A stretch of DNA of 64,000 nt from Thermoanaerobaculia bacterium (GTDB lineage Bacteria; Acidobacteriota; Thermoanaerobaculia; Multivoradales; JBJKRB01), in assembly GCA_046704885.1 (NCBI GenBank), contig JBJKRB010000111.1:15003-79002 (forward strand), read 5' to 3'. Both the position numbers and the translations under genes were made by a program. Positions 23,447-33,130 of the stretch are shown one piece after another (within the stretch, counting starts at the first letter, position 1; every line of letters begins with the position of its first letter). The notes under the pieces were generated by a model. That model had not been told where the DNA came from, ran no database searches, and was given only the letters and a program-made list of their open reading frames with translations.

Positions 23447-25711
23447 TTGACAACCACCGGACAAGAAGGGCACGCAAGGGCACAGGCCGCTCGGACTCTG
23501 CTACGCCGTCTCTTCGGCGAGCGGGTCGCCGACCTCGACAGCTCCACCGAAGAGCAGATCATCGCTGCGACCTCCGTGATTGATCTGGCGGCGGGCGAGA
23601 CCTTGGTGCGCAAAGGAGAGGACGCCGATCGGCTCTTCCTGGTGCAACAAGGCAAGCTCGAGGCAGTCATCGAGCGTCGCGACGGCGGTGATCAGTTTCT
23701 CGCGGCCATAGGCCCCGGAGACCTGATCGGAGAGGTCGCTCTGCTGGCTGGCGGAACTCGCTCCGCCACCGTTCGCGCCGCAACCCCCTGCCGTCTGACC
23801 GCCCTCGCTCGCAGCGCGTTCGCGGATCTCGTCGCCAGACATCCCGAGATCAGCGCTCCCTTTGTCTCGGCCATAACCGAACGCTTGCGGCATTCTCAGG
23901 TTACGACCTACCTGACTCGGCTCTTTGGCCCGATGAGCGCCGAAACAGTGGCCGACATGGAACGCGAGGTTCGGTGGCGCACTCTTACCAGCGGCGAGGT
24001 TCTGTGTCGCGAGGGAGACCCCGGAGACTGCGCCTACATCGTCATCAGCGGCAGGCTCCGAGTCACGGTCGCGCGGCCAGACGGCAGCGAACGCGTCGTC
24101 AACGAGGCCGGACGCGGCGAGATCATCGGGGAGATGGCGCTGCTCACTGGAGAGCCGCGCTCCGCGAGCCTCTACGCCATCCGAGATACCGACTTGGCCG
24201 AGGTCTCCCGCTCGGGTTTCGATCGGCTGATGAGGAGGTACCCGGAAGCGCTGGTGCAGATCGCGCGCCTCATCGTCAGTCGCTTGCAGCAACAGACCAA
24301 AGCCACTGGCGGCGAGCCCAACACTTTGATCACGCTCGCGGTCGCCCGCGCCGGCTCGCGAGTCTCGACGGGCCGTTTGGCGGAAGAGTTGGCCGCGGCC
24401 CTATCTGCCCACGGTGAAACGACGATCCTCACTTCGAGCTCCGTCGACCACGCCCTCGACCGTCAAGGGATCGCTCAAATTGGAGAGAGCGACCCCGGCA
24501 ACATTCGCCTGGTCCAATGGCTGAGCTCGATCGAGAACCGCTTCCGCTACATCATCTACCAGGCCGACGACGAGCTCAGCCCCTGGACGCAGCGCTGTTT
24601 GCGCCAGGCGGACCGCATCCTCTGGGCGGCGGAAAGCGGTGATGATCCGGCGCTGTCATCCCTTGAGGGCGGCGCTTCCGAAGCGTGGCAGGACCGACCC
24701 ATGCCCCCGTCGAGCCTGGTCTTGCTCCACCCGGACGATGGTAGCGAGCCGCGGGGAACAGCGCGTTGGCTCTCGTCCCGGAACGTCGAAAGCCACTTTC
24801 ACCTACGCCTTGGCTCAAAGCGGGACATCGAACGGCTCGCACGCACTCTCACCGGAAGAGCGGTCTCTCTGGTCCTAGGCGGCGGGGGCGCGCGCGCAGC
24901 CGCCGACCTTGGAGTCCTGAGAGCCCTTGAGGAAGCACAGGTGTCGGTCGACCTCGTGGGCGGCACCAGCATGGGGGCGATCATGGCGGCCTTTGTCGCG
25001 ATGCGCCTAAGCTCGCAAGAAGCGACGAGGACCTGTGAGCGCCGCTTCGCTTCGCTCTTCGACTACACCCTCCCCATCGTCGCGCTGCTCGCCGGGCGCA
25101 GGATCTACCGCCAACTGTCCGCCACCTTCGAGGATCGTTCCATCGAGGACCTCTGGCTTCCCTACTTCTGCGTATCCACGAGCCTGACCCGCGCCGAGCA
25201 GCACATTCACCGGAGCGGCGCTCTAGTCGAGGCGATTCGCGCCAGCATCTCGCTGCCTGGAGTAATGCCTCCGTACCACTGGCAAGACGAGCTCTTGATC
25301 GATGGGGGCCTCCTCAACAACCTCCCGATCGACGTGATGCGCTCCCACAATCATGGCGGCCAGGTGGTCGCCGTCGACGTGACACCCGAGGTCGACATCA
25401 TGGCGTCGGCGGATCTCCCGCACGCGGTGTCGGGCTGGAGCCTTCTGTGGCGCCGCCTCAATCCCTTCGCGCAAGCCGCGAGCGTTCCTCACATTCTGAA
25501 CTTGCTCACCCGGGCGACAGTGGTCCCGAGCATCCATTCGAGAGGCCAGGCACTCGAGAACTCGATGGCCGACCTCTATCTGCGAATCCCCGTCGAAGAC
25601 TGGAAGCTCCTCGATTTCTCGGCGCTTGGGGAGATCGCGCAACGCGGATTTGATGCCTCGTGGAAGGAGATTCGGGCGTGGCGGCAAGACCTCGCGAAGC
25701 AAGGGCTTTGA
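23447..25711 (+). CDS. Patatin-like phospholipase with two N-terminal cyclic-nucleotide-binding domains (NTE-like)
   Basis: 754 aa with two phosphate-binding cassettes (GEVALLAGGTRSATVRA and GEMALLTGEPRSASLYA). The patatin motifs are GGGGARAAA, GTSMGA (GxSxG) and IDGGLLNNLP (catalytic Asp). Confidence 0.9.
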   Translation: MTTTGQEGHARAQAARTLLRRLFGERVADLDSSTEEQIIAATSVIDLAAGETLVRKGEDADRLFLVQQGKLEAVIERRDGGDQFLAAIGPGDLIGEVALLAGGTRSATVRAATPCRLTALARSAFADLVARHPEISAPFVSAITERLRHSQVTTYLTRLFGPMSAETVADMEREVRWRTLTSGEVLCREGDPGDCAYIVISGRLRVTVARPDGSERVVNEAGRGEIIGEMALLTGEPRSASLYAIRDTDLAEVSRSGFDRLMRRYPEALVQIARLIVSRLQQQTKATGGEPNTLITLAVARAGSRVSTGRLAEELAAALSAHGETTILTSSSVDHALDRQGIAQIGESDPGNIRLVQWLSSIENRFRYIIYQADDELSPWTQRCLRQADRILWAAESGDDPALSSLEGGASEAWQDRPMPPSSLVLLHPDDGSEPRGTARWLSSRNVESHFHLRLGSKRDIERLARTLTGRAVSLVLGGGGARAAADLGVLRALEEAQVSVDLVGGTSMGAIMAAFVAMRLSSQEATRTCERRFASLFDYTLPIVALLAGRRIYRQLSATFEDRSIEDLWLPYFCVSTSLTRAEQHIHRSGALVEAIRASISLPGVMPPYHWQDELLIDGGLLNNLPIDVMRSHNHGGQVVAVDVTPEVDIMASADLPHAVSGWSLLWRRLNPFAQAASVPHILNLLTRATVVPSIHSRGQALENSMADLYLRIPVEDWKLLDFSALGEIAQRGFDASWKEIRAWRQDLAKQGL

Positions 25712-25770
25712 GGCGATCACTGGACCGGGAGTCTTCCTTTTGGCAGCAACTCGTGCTATCGTCCGCCACG

Positions 25771-27015
25771 ATGTCGTTTTCGGGTCGAGGGGGAGGGACA
25801 GTATCCATCGGGCGAGTCATCGCCCTCACGGTTCTTGTCGCCGCTCTTCTGGCGTTTCCCCTCTTCCCGCAGACCGATAGCGCGGCAAACGCGAGCTCCA
25901 CCAGCAAGACCCAAACCGAACAGAGCAAGAAGGACAAGAGCGCGAAGAGCAGCAAGCCCGCCTCGAGCGAAGAGCCGAAGCTGACGGCGGCGGACGAAGC
26001 GGCTCTCGCCGCCATGTTCCCGTCCTATCCCACGCTTCACGCTCTGTTCTTCGCTTCGGGGACGGTCGTCTCTGAGCACCACACCGGCACCAACGGGCGA
26101 AGCACGACGACCAGCGGCGGCGCCGACCTGGTCCTGACCTCACAGTTTTCGGACAACTGGTCGGCCCTCGGCCAGTTCTCGTTGCGCTCGACCGAGGGCG
26201 AGAGCACGCTCACCCGAATCGAGCAGCTACAACTCCGCTTCGCGCGCTCCGATGAGTTCCAGCTCCGCCTCGGCAAGTTCCACACTCCGGTCGGATACTG
26301 GAACGAGACGTTCCACGACATCGCCTGGCTTCGCACCTCGATCTTCCGTCCGGAGATGTTCCGCTATGAGCAGGACGGCGGCATCATGCCCGTCCACACG
26401 ATCGGCGTTCAGGCAGCCGGCAAGATCGGCTTCCGCCCCATGGAGTTCGGTTACAGCTTCACGTTCGGCAAGGGGCGCGGTCCGAAGATCACCGATGAGA
26501 CCAAGTTCAGCAACCTGAACAGCCCGCATGCCCTTACCGCCCAGTTCACCTTCTCGCCCAACCGCTTCCGTGGCTTCAAGCTGGGAGTCAACGGTTACGC
26601 GGACACGATTCCCGCGGATCCCACGACCCCGGGAAGGAACGGTACGATCGGCGAGCGGATCTACGGCGGTTTCGTCGCCTGGCACCTGCTCAATCTCGAG
26701 ATTCTGGCCGAATACGACGCCATAGAGCACCACGACTCCGTAACCAACCTGACCTTTAGGTCGGACGGGTATTACTGGCAGGTCGCTTCACAGTTCTACA
26801 ACTGGCGCATCTACGAGCGAACCGACGTCATCAACTTCGACCCCTTCGATCCTTACTTCCTGACCATCGACCATCGCGACTTGATCAAGTTCACGGTCGG
26901 CGTCCGCTGGGACGCCACACGTTGGCTGGGGATTAAGGGCGAATACAGCTATACGGACCGTAACCGCCAGCCGAATTCGAATGCCATCAACTTCCAAGCG
27001 GCGGTGTTCTTCTGA
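25771..27015 (+). CDS. Outer-membrane beta-barrel porin-like protein
   Basis: This uses an internal Met of track ORF 25660..27015, which avoids overlap with the upstream gene. It has a signal peptide (VIALTVLVAALLAFPLFPQ), a K/S-rich linker, alternating beta-strand pattern and a terminal aromatic (AAVFF). Confidence 0.7.
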   Translation: MSFSGRGGGTVSIGRVIALTVLVAALLAFPLFPQTDSAANASSTSKTQTEQSKKDKSAKSSKPASSEEPKLTAADEAALAAMFPSYPTLHALFFASGTVVSEHHTGTNGRSTTTSGGADLVLTSQFSDNWSALGQFSLRSTEGESTLTRIEQLQLRFARSDEFQLRLGKFHTPVGYWNETFHDIAWLRTSIFRPEMFRYEQDGGIMPVHTIGVQAAGKIGFRPMEFGYSFTFGKGRGPKITDETKFSNLNSPHALTAQFTFSPNRFRGFKLGVNGYADTIPADPTTPGRNGTIGERIYGGFVAWHLLNLEILAEYDAIEHHDSVTNLTFRSDGYYWQVASQFYNWRIYERTDVINFDPFDPYFLTIDHRDLIKFTVGVRWDATRWLGIKGEYSYTDRNRQPNSNAINFQAAVFF

Positions 27016-27509
27016 TGACGATGATGCGTAAGGGCGTCCTTCTCGTCATCCTTTCAGGCCTGCTCGTGACGTTGGCCTCCCCCTTGTTGGCGGCCGAGCG
27101 CGAGGTGGCGGTGATCGTCAATCCGAAGAATCCGGTCAGTGAGGTCTCGCTCAATGACCTGCGAAAGATCTTCCGACTGGACCAGACCTTCTGGCCCAAT
27201 GGCAAGAGAATCCGCCTCTTGATGCTCGAGCATGGGACCTCCGCAAAGGAGCTGATCTTGAAGCGGGTCTACAACATGACCGACAGCCAGCTGCGCCAGT
27301 TCTGGGTCCGCAAGATGACCGGCCTCGAAAGCGCGGACTTCCCTCGCGCTTGGAGCTCGGGGGCGGCGGTCAAGCTCGTGGTCCACCGTTATCCCACTGC
27401 GATCGGTTACATCGACGCCGATCAAGTGGACTCGAGCGTCAAGGTCCTAGCGATCGACGGCAAGAAGCCGGGGCAGTCGAATTACCCTCTGGCCTTACGC
27501 ACTCCCTAA
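27015..27509 (+). CDS. Small periplasmic PstS/PBP-like substrate-binding-domain protein
   Basis: 164 aa with a TGATG overlap onto the porin stop and a signal peptide. Motifs SLNDLRKIFRLDQTFWPNG and TAIGYIDADQV resemble the PBP_like_2 fold, but the protein is only about half the usual length. Confidence 0.65.
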   Translation: MTMMRKGVLLVILSGLLVTLASPLLAAEREVAVIVNPKNPVSEVSLNDLRKIFRLDQTFWPNGKRIRLLMLEHGTSAKELILKRVYNMTDSQLRQFWVRKMTGLESADFPRAWSSGAAVKLVVHRYPTAIGYIDADQVDSSVKVLAIDGKKPGQSNYPLALRTP

Positions 27510-27597
27510 CAGCCCCCTCCCCCTGGCCGGTCCCTCGATTGGCTGGATCCTCTCTCGTCTGCGGTAGGATGACTGACCGAAGCTACTGGGTCACCGG

Positions 27598-30162
27598 ATG
27601 AGGATCCGCACCAAGTTCTTGATTATCTTCTGGGCGCTCTCTCTCGCGCCCCTCTTTGCCTTGGGCCTGCTCGGCTATCTCAAGGGTGAAGAGCTCATCC
27701 GGCAACACCTCGGTTCTCTCTTCCAGCAGAAGGCGGAGGTCGCGACGCTCGACATCGATCGCGAGCTCTACACCCTGTTCCAGACGACTCAGGGTTGGGG
27801 AAGCCTGCAGGTTTTACAGCAGGGGGTGGCGAGTAATGACGTCGACCTCGGGATCCACCTCTTCTTGCACGCTCGTGGCCAAGAGTTTCCCGACCTCGCG
27901 AGCGCCGTGGTCACGGACGATCACGGCAAGTTCATCGCCGGCTTCGATCGCCACTCCAAAGCCCCGCCACTCGATCAAGCAGAGATCGAGAAGACTCTCA
28001 AGAGCGATACGGCGATCGCGCAAGACGCCCATTGGGACCCCGAGCTCCAGATGGCGATCGTCACCTTCTATGCGCCGATTCCCGATGTGTTGTTTCCCAA
28101 GAAGGTGGCCGGCGTCCTGCGTTGCGAGTGGTCCCTTGGCGACATCTTCGGCACCGTCCAGAGACGCTTCAAGGAGATGTCCAAGAGCGGCCGCTCCGAC
28201 TTGATGATCATCAACAAGAGCGGCTTGTTGCTCTCGGCCCCTTCCGATCTCGAGTACAAGCCGTTCCAGGCGAACCTCGTTTCGTTGGGCTTCACCGCGG
28301 CAAAGGAGGCTACCGAGGCTCCGCGCGGAGGATCCGGCTACACGGCAGAGCATCTCGTTGGTGGCAAGGATTACCTGGCTGGTTTCAGCAAGGAGATCGG
28401 TTACCGCCACTTCGCCGGTTTCGGTTGGGCGGCAGTGGTCATCCAGGACACCGCGACCGCCTTCGCACCGATCTATCAGCTGCAGCGGGCCGCCAGCCTC
28501 GTGGCTCTATTGGTCCTCCTCGTCGTCGGCTTCTTCTCCTTGGTGATCGCCCGCCGTATGAGCCTCCCGGTGGTAAGGGTCTCGAAGGCCGCGGAAAGGG
28601 TGGCGCAGGGCGACTTCGAAGTGGAGATCGCGGCGGGAAGCCACGACGAGATCGGCACCTTGATCGCGGCCTTCAACAAGATGGTACGCGACCTGCGCGG
28701 GCAACGTTCCCAGCTCGTCGACAAGGACTATGTGGACTCGATCATCGCCAACATGCTCGATGCCCTGATCGTCCTCACTCCGGAAGGCCAAATCAAGACC
28801 GTTAACAGCGCCACTCTGAAGATGCTGGATTACAGCGAGAACGAGCTGGTCGATCAACCCTTCCAGATCCTCGTCAAGGAACCCTGGGAGGAGGTCTCAA
28901 AGCTCGTGGTACGGCCGCCCGACGACGATGCCTCCGGTTCCACCGCCGAGGCATTTCTTGCTGACGTCCTCGGTCGCCAGGACGAGGACGACGGCGGGGA
29001 GACAAAGGCCGGCCCTTCGGAGGCGTTTCTCACCTTCATTCGGCACGACGGCAGTGAGCTTCCGGTCAGTTTTTCGGGGAGCACGCTCGTCGGTCCTGGA
29101 GGTCTTGTCGATGGGATCATCTGTATCGCCCGCGACATCACGCTGCGTAAGCAGACCGAGGAGGCCCTGCGGCAGGCGAAAGAAGCGGCGGAGGAAGCCA
29201 ACAAATCGAAGAGCCAGTTCCTGGCGAATATGAGCCATGAGCTGCGCACGCCGCTCAACGCCATCATCGGCTACAGCGAGATGCTGCGCGAGGACGCCGA
29301 GGACGCGGGCGAGGAGACGGCCGTCTCCGACCTCGACAAGGTGCTGGCGGCCGCCCGCCACCTCCTGGCGCTGATCAACGACATCCTCGACCTTTCGAAG
29401 ATCGAAGCCGGGCGTTTGGAGATCTACTGCGAGACCTTCGACCTGCAGCAGCTGGTTCGCGACGTCGTCTCCACCGTCCAGCCTCTGATCGAGAAGAACG
29501 CCAACGTCCTCGAGGTCAAGGTTGATCCCTCGATCACAGAGGTTTACGCCGACCTCACGCGCGTTCGGCAGGTCCTCTTCAACCTGCTGAGCAACGCTTC
29601 CAAGTTCACCAAGGAAGGCACGATCAATCTGGACGTCTGGCCCGAAAAGGTGGATGGGCTGGACTGGTTCTACATGCGCGTCAAGGACAGCGGCATCGGG
29701 ATGACGGAGGAGCAACTAGCCAAGCTGTTTCAAGAGTTCTCGCAAGCAGACGCATCGACCACCCGCAAGTATGGCGGAACCGGTCTGGGTCTCGCCATCA
29801 GCCGCAAGCTCTGCCACATGATGGGCGGCGATATCAAAGTGGCCAGCGAGTACGGCAAGGGCTCATCCTTTACCGTCCAGGTGCCCGCTCACGTGACGAC
29901 GGGCAAAGAAGAAACGAGCATCGAGGCCAGCAAGCCCCCGAGCCAAGGCGCGGGTTCGGTCGAGGCGACGCAAACCGTCGAAGATGAAGCCGCGAAGGTG
30001 AAAGCGGAAAGTGGTTCGAGCTCGTCGGCGGAGTCCGCGACCGACGACGACGGCAAAGAAGCGAAGGAAGAGAGCCCGGCCGAGAAAGACGCGACGCCGC
30101 AGGAAGCGGAGGAGCCGTCAGAAGCCAGCTCGGCCGCGGGCGGTAACCCGAGCTCGAGCTGA
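27598..30162 (+). CDS. Sensor histidine kinase (Cache-like periplasmic domain-HAMP-PAS-HisKA-HATPase_c, acidic disordered tail)
   Basis: 854 aa with two TMs flanking a ~270 aa periplasmic domain. It has a HAMP domain ([15 protein letters not shown]), an H-box ([25 protein letters not shown]) and [15 protein letters not shown] and GGTGLGLAI boxes. The last ~90 aa are rich in E/S/A. Confidence 0.95.
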   Translation: MRIRTKFLIIFWALSLAPLFALGLLGYLKGEELIRQHLGSLFQQKAEVATLDIDRELYTLFQTTQGWGSLQVLQQGVASNDVDLGIHLFLHARGQEFPDLASAVVTDDHGKFIAGFDRHSKAPPLDQAEIEKTLKSDTAIAQDAHWDPELQMAIVTFYAPIPDVLFPKKVAGVLRCEWSLGDIFGTVQRRFKEMSKSGRSDLMIINKSGLLLSAPSDLEYKPFQANLVSLGFTAAKEATEAPRGGSGYTAEHLVGGKDYLAGFSKEIGYRHFAGFGWAAVVIQDTATAFAPIYQLQRAASLVALLVLLVVGFFSLVIARRMSLPVVRVSKAAERVAQGDFEVEIAAGSHDEIGTLIAAFNKMVRDLRGQRSQLVDKDYVDSIIANMLDALIVLTPEGQIKTVNSATLKMLDYSENELVDQPFQILVKEPWEEVSKLVVRPPDDDASGSTAEAFLADVLGRQDEDDGGETKAGPSEAFLTFIRHDGSELPVSFSGSTLVGPGGLVDGIICIARDITLRKQTEEALRQAKEAAEEANKSKSQFLANMSHELRTPLNAIIGYSEMLREDAEDAGEETAVSDLDKVLAAARHLLALINDILDLSKIEAGRLEIYCETFDLQQLVRDVVSTVQPLIEKNANVLEVKVDPSITEVYADLTRVRQVLFNLLSNASKFTKEGTINLDVWPEKVDGLDWFYMRVKDSGIGMTEEQLAKLFQEFSQADASTTRKYGGTGLGLAISRKLCHMMGGDIKVASEYGKGSSFTVQVPAHVTTGKEETSIEASKPPSQGAGSVEATQTVEDEAAKVKAESGSSSSAESATDDDGKEAKEESPAEKDATPQEAEEPSEASSAAGGNPSSS

Positions 30163-30257
30163 ATCGCAGCAGCTCGCGAGCGTCACACCTCCTCGCTCCC
30201 AACAGAAGGGCGATCGCCAGCGCCTCCCCGGAGTCGTCCGGCGAACGAGGGGAGCGT

Positions 30258-31079
30258 TCATCGACTTCGCGGAAGAGCCTGGAGCGCAACTCGCCGACCC
30301 TGAGCGGCGCGCGAGTGACTCTGAACCCATCTGATGTAGGCCACGAGGGCATCGATATCCCCGTCCGAGAGCCTGCCCTTGAAGGCCGGCATCTTGATCA
30401 CCTCGTGCGAGAGCACGGCGTGAGCGAGCGGGTCGCGCTTGAATCGATTGCTCGCCCCATTGAGGATCCACTGGCGGAGCTCCTCATTGTTGTGCACCAA
30501 ATCGGCGAAATCCGAGCCGCTCCAGGGAGGAATATACCCCTTGAGTGACCCCGGATCCATGACTAGCCCTCGTCCCTCCGCCCCGTGGCAGCCAAAGCAA
30601 CCGGCACGCAAAGCGACATCCCGCCCCTTTTGCTCTTCCGAGCCGCTCGGGCCCCCGTACTGCTGCACCGTGAAAACGTAGGCCAGGAGATCGGCCAACT
30701 CCGCGCGCGAAATCGAGCCGCGGAAGGCGGGCATCGACAGGAGGGCCGAGGACGACGCCGTGCGGCCGGGCGGGTGGCCATCCAGGATCCATGCCGCGAC
30801 GTCGCCGGGAGAATTGTTGTACATCAACCAGGTACCTCCCGACCACGTTGGGACCGAACCGTCCTGGCTCCCCAGATTCGCGATCGGATGCACTCCACCG
30901 GGACCGTGACAGGCGAAGCAACCCAGCTGCTCCGCCACCCTGCGGCCGCGCTGCACCGGGGTGTTCAGCGCTTCTCTCGATGAGCTCCGTCGATAGTGAT
31001 GAAAGGTGAGAAGGGCCGTCTCGCCGGCGACCACTACCAGCAAGGCCGCAAGAAATCCGTAGAGCAGCTTGCGTGACAT
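30258..31079 (-). CDS. Membrane-anchored di-haem c-type cytochrome
   Basis: 273 aa with an N-terminal TM and two CxxCH motifs (CFACHG, CFGCHG), each followed by a distal Met region (LLSMPAF, VIKMPAF). Confidence 0.85.
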   Translation of the reverse strand: MSRKLLYGFLAALLVVVAGETALLTFHHYRRSSSREALNTPVQRGRRVAEQLGCFACHGPGGVHPIANLGSQDGSVPTWSGGTWLMYNNSPGDVAAWILDGHPPGRTASSSALLSMPAFRGSISRAELADLLAYVFTVQQYGGPSGSEEQKGRDVALRAGCFGCHGAEGRGLVMDPGSLKGYIPPWSGSDFADLVHNNEELRQWILNGASNRFKRDPLAHAVLSHEVIKMPAFKGRLSDGDIDALVAYIRWVQSHSRAAQGRRVALQALPRSR

Positions 31080-31142
31080 CAGCGGTTGATGTTGGAGAAA
31101 CAGAGAGCTGGACCGGATCGAACCGGTCCAGCCCTCGGCGTT

Positions 31143-31610
31143 CTACATCATCGAGGAACCGCCCGCGGCGGGCTTGACCGAGCTGATGAACAGAGCTTCC
31201 GTTCCTCCACGCTTGACCCAATGCCCCATGACGGTCACCGTCTTGGCAATGTAAGGCATGAGCATCGCGTTGGCGGAATGTCCTGGCTGACTCGATTCCA
31301 CCCAGACTACGCGATGGGTTCCCTTCTGGAGAATGGCGAGCGGAATCCCCGCCTTGGCGCACTTCTCGGCGCAAGCCTTGTGCCCGGCACCGGTGGCCGC
31401 GGAGCCATGCTCCAAATAGCAGCGAGAGCCGATCACCTCACCGGTAACCGACGCCTCCGCCGCCATCTCACCCTGTTTCATCTGGTGATGCATCATGCCG
31501 GGGTGCGCTGCGGTGCCATTCTGGCCGGTTGCGGCGAAGCTGGGCAGCGCGACCATAGCCAGCACCGCGGCTCCACCGAGAACGAGTGACATTCTCGACT
31601 TCAAGTTCAT
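31143..31610 (-). CDS. Exported His/Met-rich protein of unknown function
   Basis: 155 aa with a signal peptide (AVLAMVALPSFA), an HPGMMHHQMKQGEM stretch and three Cys (CYLEH...HKACAEKC). It is co-directional with the cytochrome. Confidence 0.6.
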   Translation of the reverse strand: MNLKSRMSLVLGGAAVLAMVALPSFAATGQNGTAAHPGMMHHQMKQGEMAAEASVTGEVIGSRCYLEHGSAATGAGHKACAEKCAKAGIPLAILQKGTHRVVWVESSQPGHSANAMLMPYIAKTVTVMGHWVKRGGTEALFISSVKPAAGGSSMM

Positions 31611-31909
31611 TCTTCCTTCCCCTTCCGGCCCGCTTGGCGGGCCCGTCCCGCGCGCGGCCTATTCCGCGCACGCGTGGATCCATCGACTCCGGACATTCGT
31701 GAGCTGGGAGGTGTCAAGATCCCTCTCGTTACCTCCTTCGACAGATGCATAGCCGATACCAAGATTCGAAAATCCTCTAGTGACGCGCGCGACCCGTGCC
31801 GTCAATGGCCGGCTTATCGACCCGCGCTCTCTTCCCTTTCGATACGCGACCGCCGCGCAAATGGATTGCCTCCCAGAGTGATTCCCGATGGTCACGATAA
31901 GATGCCCGC

Positions 31910-32521
31910 GTGATACCGGATCGTTCCTCGGACCTGCAGACTCCACTTCTGCTCTTAGCCATGCCTCAGGTTCAAGACCCGTTCTTTCACCACAGCGTCG
32001 TGCTTCTCCTACACCACTCCGAGGAAGGCAGCTTCGGCTTCATCGTGAACCGGCCAACCGGCATTCGAGTCGCGGATATCTTGCAGGGAATGGAGATATG
32101 CTGGCAAGGCGATCCCGAGGCCGTCGCGCTGTTCGGAGGACCGGTGCAGCCCCAGCTCGGGACGGTGCTCTTCGCCACGGACGAAGGCACGGCCATCGAC
32201 CAAGAGCCGCGCGAAGAGGAGGGGCAGCGCACCGAGGTGCTGCCTGGGCTCGAGCTCAGCCAGAACGTCTCCGATCTGGCTCAACTGGCCGCGGCACCAC
32301 CCGAACGATTCCGGCTACTGCTCGGCTATGCTGGCTGGTCCGAAGGGCAGCTGGTGGACGAGATCTTGCGGAACGACTGGCTCACCGCGCCTGTTGACCT
32401 CGCGTTCTTGTTTCCCACCAATGTCACCGACTCTTGGGGCAACGCGCTGCGCGCCGTCGGAATCAATCCCGACACGCTTCCATCCTGGACCGTGCGAGGC
32501 GATGATGAGGAGACCAATTGA
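31910..32521 (+). CDS. YqgE/AlgH family protein (UPF0301)
   Basis: 203 aa with LLLAMPQVQDPFFHHSVVLLLHHSEEGSFGFIVNRP and LLLGYAGWSEGQL, both typical of the family. Confidence 0.9.
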   Translation: MIPDRSSDLQTPLLLLAMPQVQDPFFHHSVVLLLHHSEEGSFGFIVNRPTGIRVADILQGMEICWQGDPEAVALFGGPVQPQLGTVLFATDEGTAIDQEPREEEGQRTEVLPGLELSQNVSDLAQLAAAPPERFRLLLGYAGWSEGQLVDEILRNDWLTAPVDLAFLFPTNVTDSWGNALRAVGINPDTLPSWTVRGDDEETN

Positions 32522-33117
32522 CTGCCACAGACGTCAATCCCGATCCCATGGCGCGCTTCGCGGAGGTCTTTGACGCTGCCCGCTCCACCGCTCCCGAGGG
32601 AGTCGACGCCACCGCGATGACCCTCGCGAGCGCCGATCGCCAGGGGCGTCCGTCGGCACGGGTTGTTCTGCTCAAAGGCATCGACGAGCGCGGATTCGTC
32701 TTCTACACGAACTACAACAGTCGTAAAGCGCGAGAGCTCGAGGAGAACCCGGTCGCCGCGCTCTGCTTTTTCTGGCCCCCCATCGACCAGCAGGTACGGG
32801 TCGAGGGCCGCATCGAACGGGTCTCCGCGGAGGAGTCCGACGCATATTTCGCCGAGAGACCTCGGGAAAGCCAGTTGGGAGCCTGGGCCTCGAAGCAGAG
32901 TGAGACCCTGCCATCCCGCCACGACCTCGAGGCTCGGCTTCGAGAAGTCGAGCTTCGTTTCTCCGGCTCGGCCGTAGCCCGCCCGAGCTTCTGGGGCGGG
33001 TATCGATTGCGACCCGACTGGCTCGAGTTCTGGCAACGGGGGGACTTCCGGTTGCACCACCGTACCGCCTATGTCCGGCAGGGGGACGAATGGCGAATCG
33101 AAACGCTCTACCCCTGA
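32518..33117 (+). CDS. pdxH: Pyridoxamine 5'-phosphate oxidase
   Basis: 199 aa with RVVLLKGIDERGFVFYTNYNSRKAREL, QVRVEG, RPRESQLGAWASKQS and FWGGYRLRPDWLEFWQ...RLHHR. Confidence 0.95.
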   Translation: MTATDVNPDPMARFAEVFDAARSTAPEGVDATAMTLASADRQGRPSARVVLLKGIDERGFVFYTNYNSRKARELEENPVAALCFFWPPIDQQVRVEGRIERVSAEESDAYFAERPRESQLGAWASKQSETLPSRHDLEARLREVELRFSGSAVARPSFWGGYRLRPDWLEFWQRGDFRLHHRTAYVRQGDEWRIETLYP

Positions 33118-33130
33118 GGAATCCGCGGAA

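Noticed and set aside
19738-25711. Interpretation of the cyclase plus cNMP-patatin as a Pycsar/CBASS-type anti-phage defence system
   Set aside because: The cyclase is a receiver-regulated multi-domain signalling protein embedded in a phosphorelay operon, not a minimal PycC or CD-NTase. The effector is on the divergent operon behind another gene. No mobile-element or defence-island context is visible. I keep it as an analogy only.
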